This document shows, one piece after another, positions 57,948 through 64,000 of a DNA stretch of 64,000 bases. The notes under the pieces are model-generated. The model was not told the DNA's origin and searched no databases. It saw only the letters and a program-made list of their open reading frames with translations. Position 1 is the stretch's first letter, and every line of letters starts with the position of its first letter. The translations under genes and the position numbers were made by a program. The stretch comes from the human T2T-CHM13v2.0 reference genome, Homo sapiens. The stretch lies in NCBI RefSeq assembly GCF_009914755.1, contig NC_060931.1, one strand, 5' to 3'.

Positions 57948-58116
57948 ATGGTGTGGGAAGTGAAGACAAATCAGATGCCTAATGCAGTACAGAAACTCCT
58001 GTTGGTGATGGACAAGAGAGCCTCAGGAATGAATGACTCATTGGAGTTGCTGCAGTGTAATGAGAATTTGCCATCTTCACCTGGATATAACTCCTGTGAT
58101 GAACACATGGAGCTTG
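57948..58116 (+). CDS. HBP1: HBP1 exon 2 coding part (MVWEVKTNQ...LQCNE...HMEL); exon starts at 57933
   Basis: ttttaag|TCAGAG; aacATGG Kozak; CTTG|gtaagc phase 1; RB-binding LxCxE motif (LQCNE) at 58050-58064. Confidence 0.95.
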
Positions 58117-59254
58117 GTAAGCAAAATTAAAAGTTATATAGAAATCTCACTAAGATTCAGATAAATTTTTCTACTTAGCCCGCTTCTCCACCAACCTTGA
58201 CTGGCTAGAAAGGGATATGAAGTATTTGTATATTAGGAATTTTCAGCATTCTTTTATTGCTTTTAAAATACTACTTAAAACCAACATGAGTTGGGCTATT
58301 TATGGTTATTGTAGACACTCATTTACAGATTGTTAAATTAAACTACTTTACTTTGTGTGTAAAGATTGGACCCCACTCGTGGCTTTTCGAAAGATGCTAC
58401 TTTTGAAATATACTTGAGAGAGCTCAGTAAAATATGCTTAGCCACTCTTCGTGGCAGATTTGCTGGTATGATGTGGAAATTACAGTGGACCCTTGAAACT
58501 TGAGGATCTGACATTTATGGTTGTTACTATTGCTAAACTACTCCTGGAGATATGTGACCTTTAGAAATGTGTAAGTTTGTTGAGGTGTGTTTTTGAATTG
58601 TATTGCTTCAAGGCTGGTGTTCAGGAGTATGGAGCTAATGAGTCACCTTGGCTTGCTGCCCAGCTTTTCAGCTTGGCTTTGCCCCCATTTAATATATGGG
58701 GGTTTCCTTCATGTTTATAAAAACCCTGGGGAGAAGATACAGCTGTCTTAATTTTACAAATGATGAAATGGAGGAGATTATGTACTATGGTAATGTTTGG
58801 AAATTTAGAGATCTTAAGCTCTTGGGACACATAACCTGCTTGAATGCCAAGGATTTTCTGGACCCTAGTATTTATTGAGTACTGGTTACTTTTGAGCAAG
58901 GAGTGCCATTTTAATCAGGTAGTTGATCTTCCTCAGTTTTTGGTTTAAGGAGGAACTCAGAAACTTAGGGCCGAGGGGAGTATAAATAACATGCCCCTTC
59001 CACCTATGACTTCGTTTAAAAAGTAATTTCCTGAACTTCAGAAACAGAAATGAACCCTTTGCAGTAAATAAATGTTGGTCAAAGGCAGTGAGGGAAAGGA
59101 AATAGCTATATCAGCATGAAAATTGTAGGGTAGAATTATTTTAAATTAGTGTGATGTTCTAGAACTCCTTGGCTCCTTCATGACTCCATGAAAGAAGTCA
59201 GTTTTTACAAATGGATATCCCGAGTCAGTGCTTCTAATTAAAACATTTCAGTTT

Positions 59255-59534
<280 letters not shown>

Positions 59535-60426
59535 TTTTTTTTTTTTTAAGATAGGACATTTCGGTTTTAGTAGACTATTCTGGAATATTTGCCTGAATAG
59601 GAGTTATACATACTTTTATAGTGACATTTAGGAGACTAGAAATTTTCTTGACTTGTATATTTAAGGGACCCAATAGGTTTGTGGAGTTTGTAGGTATGTG
59701 TTTCGTGGAGAGTTTTTTTTTTTAAGCCTTCAAGATGCTTTTTCTTCCCTACTACATACACACATACATACAGACATATATATGATTTTTTAAAAGAATA
59801 TATATATAATTTTTTTTAAGAATTCAGTATTTTGGAATTCATGTTCCTTATAGTGCTTGGTGTGTGCATGAGTGGTAGCTGGGTAATAGTTCCAGTCATC
59901 TTATGGGGAGCTGAAAGGGTATCATGAATTGCCTTTTAGGAATGCACTTATAGGAAAAAATAACCGATAAATAACCAGTAAATATTAACAAGTTCAGAAT
60001 TTATTAGTAAAAAGAAATACTTTAACACAGAGTTGTGTAAGTAGTAGCTAAATATTTATGTGATCTATATTATCATTATGGAAATTATTGTTTATAGTCT
60101 GTATAACAGGTTATTAAAGTATGTGAGTAATAAGTCCATATTGCACACATAAAATGCCTTTTTCTTCATTAACTTGTTAATGTAAAAATATCTCAGTGGC
60201 ATATGGATCACTCCTAGGTGAGGTACAAAACACTAGGGGGAATAAGAAGCAGAAAACACAAACCAAACCATGTTTTTCCAGTCTGTGAACAGAATGTTAA
60301 ATTTATGATTTTCCTCTCTCAAAATTAATTAGCTAAAATTGAGGACTTCTCTTTTAACTGCAGTTATAATATTGTTCCTTGTATTAGTAATTTCCTTTTT
60401 ATGATTTTGAGTGTGCTTATTTGCAG

Positions 60427-60655
60427 ATGACCTTCCTGAACTTCAGGCAGTTCAAAGTGATCCTACCCAATCTGGCATGTACCAGCTGAGTTCAGATGTT
60501 TCACATCAAGAATACCCAAGATCATCTTGGAACCAAAATACCTCAGACATACCAGAAACTACTTACCGTGAAAATGAGGTGGACTGGCTAACAGAATTGG
60601 CAAATATCGCGACCAGTCCACAAAGTCCACTGATGCAGTGCTCATTTTACAATAG
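60427..60655 (+). CDS. HBP1: HBP1 exon 3 (DDLPELQAVQ...WLTELANIATSPQSPLMQCSFYNR)
   Basis: ttgcag|ATGAC...AATAG|gtagga; 229 nt, phase 1/2. Confidence 0.95.
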
Positions 60656-62532
60656 GTAGGAGCATTTATTATATTTTTATTGAAACATTCTATCATTACA
60701 CAAAGGTTTTATTTAAAAATTTTTCTAGTTTAAAAGTAGTAATACTTTAAATTATTAGAATTTAAGTCATTAGAATTAAGCTCCTTATCTAATGATCAAA
60801 GACTTATTTCACTCACTACCATGATTTCATATTTTGAGAATTAGATAAAGGTGATAAAGAGAACCATAGAGTAAAAAAATTTGTAAATGTTTAAAATAAA
60901 TTAGACCATGAAATACTTTTACTATACATTTCTACATATAGAAATGAAAATTGTATTTCTCTAAGGAAGCAGAGTTGTAATCAAGATTATATTTTAAATT
61001 TTATCAACCTTTAGTTGGGTTCCTTTTGGTCTAGGTTTATTTCTTCCATAGTTTATGTGGCCTTACATTATTTGCCTGTTTGCTAATTCTAAAATTTGCT
61101 AATATTAAAATCTTAAACTTACAAAAGTGGGTTCCCATTGGTAAAAATCACTGTTTCATATATCCAGACAGAGTTTAAGAAAATGAGTGGTTGTGCTATG
61201 AAATTACGGAAGCTTCCAGCTAATATGCCTAGGGAGACCTAAGTGGAAAACACTTCATTATTTATCCCTGAAAAGAAATGGATAAATATGACAGTTTATA
61301 AGGGAGAGAAATGCCCATATTTGCACACCTGTGAGTGGAAAACGATAGACCAGAGTTTTATACTAGGTAATGTAGGAATAACTGTAAATTTTGTTAGTGC
61401 TCTTGAGTGTAATGCATTGCTAAAGAATAAACTTATTAGGTATGAAATCTCACTTTTCTTGTAACCCATTAAGTTGTGCTGCTTTTCTTACATTTAGCAG
61501 GATATTGATCTTGACTAGAGCAAATTGAATTTAATTAACTTCAGTTTAATTCCGTGTTCATTTCCACAGGAAAGAAAACTTCCTTTCAGAGTTGTTATTT
61601 CCTTTATAGTCCTAGTTTTCATTGTAATCTTAATAGTCAAAAAGCTAAAAATTCTTTTATTTATTTATTTTTAAAAAAAAACCTGATTTAACTATTGGAT
61701 TTTTTTTTTCTTTCTCTAGAGATACTTTTTTTTCACTTTTTACAGCAGAGTCATAGGATTAATAATAACAGTTTATGGAAAGTGAGTAAACCCTTCAGAA
61801 GAAAATCAGTGTAAATAAAAACATAAGACATAAGGAAAGGAGTATCTCCCTGAGGATGTATTATTCTGTCCAGCATTTTGAGTAATGCTCTGTTGTCTGG
61901 CCTACCTCCTAACACTGTCTGCTCATGCAGCTTATTGTTGAGTGTTAAACTGTGTTACTGAGCTTTGATATCTGAAGTCTATAGTTAAGGAGTTGAGGAC
62001 AGGTAAAAATTTATATTACCCCTGAATAGAGAGAGAGATGAAGAAATCAATGCTGTTAGTGTTTGGACGTGTTTAGCATGTTAATTTTCACAGAGTATTT
62101 AGGCCATATACATTTTAGAATATCACATTGTTCCCTTCATTTTTATTTATTTTTACTTTTTGTTACTTCTGTTTTAAATGGTTAAACAGAAGAACTGATA
62201 AAACTCACTTTTTAAAATTAGGGAGTCAGGAATGAACAAAAGGAATATTTAGCAGTTTGGCCATTCTCTGATACTTCATATATATCTAAATGTGTAATAA
62301 CAGGATGGGCAGTTTTTGGGCAAAAGATGAAACATTCAGCATATAATTTGAAATCAAAAATTGGAGAGTATGCTACAATGCATGGAAATCTGAGGGCCTT
62401 TCGATTTAAGGAGTGATGTGAACATGAAAGTATAGATCCTTATGTAAAAGTAATTTCTGGAAAGGTAAAATGAAAAATGTTAATGAGGATAAGGTAGAAA
62501 TTGAAGGGCTAATACAAATTCTCAGGGAATAA

Positions 62533-62867
<335 letters not shown>

Positions 62868-63854
62868 CTTCCTCTCCTTTTTAAAGAGTATTAGTACAGA
62901 CATGCATAAACTTTTTCTGTTAAGGACCAGATCTCTATTTGGCATCTCAGACAATTATCCTGATTTGGGACCTTACCTTCAGATGGTTTTCCCTCCTCCA
63001 CCTGGCTGTCTTCCTCTCTGCTTCCTTTCCAGACTGCTGAGTCCATACACATCATTCATCATCCTCTATAGGCTTGTTTCTTTCTGTTACCCCACCCATG
63101 AATATCTGGTCTGTTTGTGAGGGAAGGATCTGGGTATGCTCCTGGGAGCTCCATATACTCTAAAGGGAGCATTGTCTGGTAAAAGAGACTTTTGAGGGGA
63201 AGAAAAGAGGGCAAGGGATAAAGTTTTTTTTTTAAGGTGATCTTTGAGGAGAAAAAATAACTAGACCTTATATGTAGTTGCTTTTCAGCAAGTTTGTATT
63301 AGAAAACAAGAAATAGTGTCCAGTTACAAGGAGGGTGGATAGGCTGCTCTCTGCTATAAAAAGTGTAAGCATTTTTGCTTAAGGTAGTTCTTGTATCTGC
63401 CCAGTGATATGTGGTTGGTAGATAAAGAGTTCAGAGTTGGTTACACTAAGCTTAAATGCTGTCTTCATACTGAGACTTACTGAGTACATCAAAGTAGAAG
63501 AAAGAAATGGATAGGACGCCCTGCATTAGAGGGGGTATTATCATTCACAAACGAAATATACACATGTATATGTATTGATAGAAAAATGAATGGGATAAAT
63601 AAATGAAACCATAGTCGTAGTTTAAAATATATTGTCAAATCTGAAAAAAACGATGTCTAAAATGTGTGAGGAGGGTTTGGATAAGGAGTTAAGGAATATA
63701 ATTATAAAATGAAATCTTGCTGTCTTTACTAGTGTTTACCATAAATGTGTTCAATGTAATAACATTGGCGTTTTAAATATGAAGTTCTTTCATTAATAGG
63801 AAAGATCTACTTTAAGGACCTATGCTTATGGTTGAAACTGTTGCTTTATTTTAG

Positions 63855-63996
63855 ATCATCTCCTGTACACATCATAGCCACTAGCAAAAGTTTACATTCC
63901 TATGCACGCCCTCCACCAGTGTCCTCTTCTTCGAAGAGTGAACCAGCCTTCCCTCATCACCATTGGAAGGAGGAAACACCAGTAAGACACGAAAGG
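63855..63996 (+). CDS. HBP1: HBP1 exon 4 (SSPVHIIATSKSLHSYARPPPVSSSSKSEPAFPHHHWKEETPVRHER)
   Basis: attttag|ATCA...GAAAGG|gtaa; 142 nt, phase 2/0; the gene continues beyond the window. Confidence 0.95.
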
Positions 63997-64000
63997 GTAA

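Overview
Primate (human-like) genomic DNA with two + strand spliced genes in tandem. (1) The 3' part of PRKAR2B (PKA regulatory subunit RII-beta): nine coding exons between 18 and 37624, all with canonical AG/GT boundaries and consistent phases, encoding both cAMP-binding domains, followed by a ~2.2 kb 3' UTR with several polyA signals. (2) The CpG-island promoter and first exons of HBP1 (HMG-box transcription factor 1): alternative first exons near 47.0-47.2 kb and coding exons at 57933-58116, 60427-60655 and 63855-63996. The rest is intron or intergenic DNA rich in Alu, L1, L2/MIR, LTR (MER41A, MLT1A) and DNA-transposon relics (Tigger4, MER47, MER5, MER58, MADE1). Most ORFs in the supplied track are Alu/L1 or simple-repeat artefacts. 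I see no convincing new multi-gene system. The most unusual structures are: a complex templated insertion in HBP1 intron 1 that creates an ~80-bp hairpin with A-C mismatches; a 34-bp minisatellite of strong 5' splice-site consensus motifs in the last PRKAR2B intron; a twin-primed L1 inside an Alu; a triplicated Alu arm; and a target site used twice by Alu insertions. Repeat family names come from recalled consensus sequences and need RepeatMasker/Dfam confirmation.
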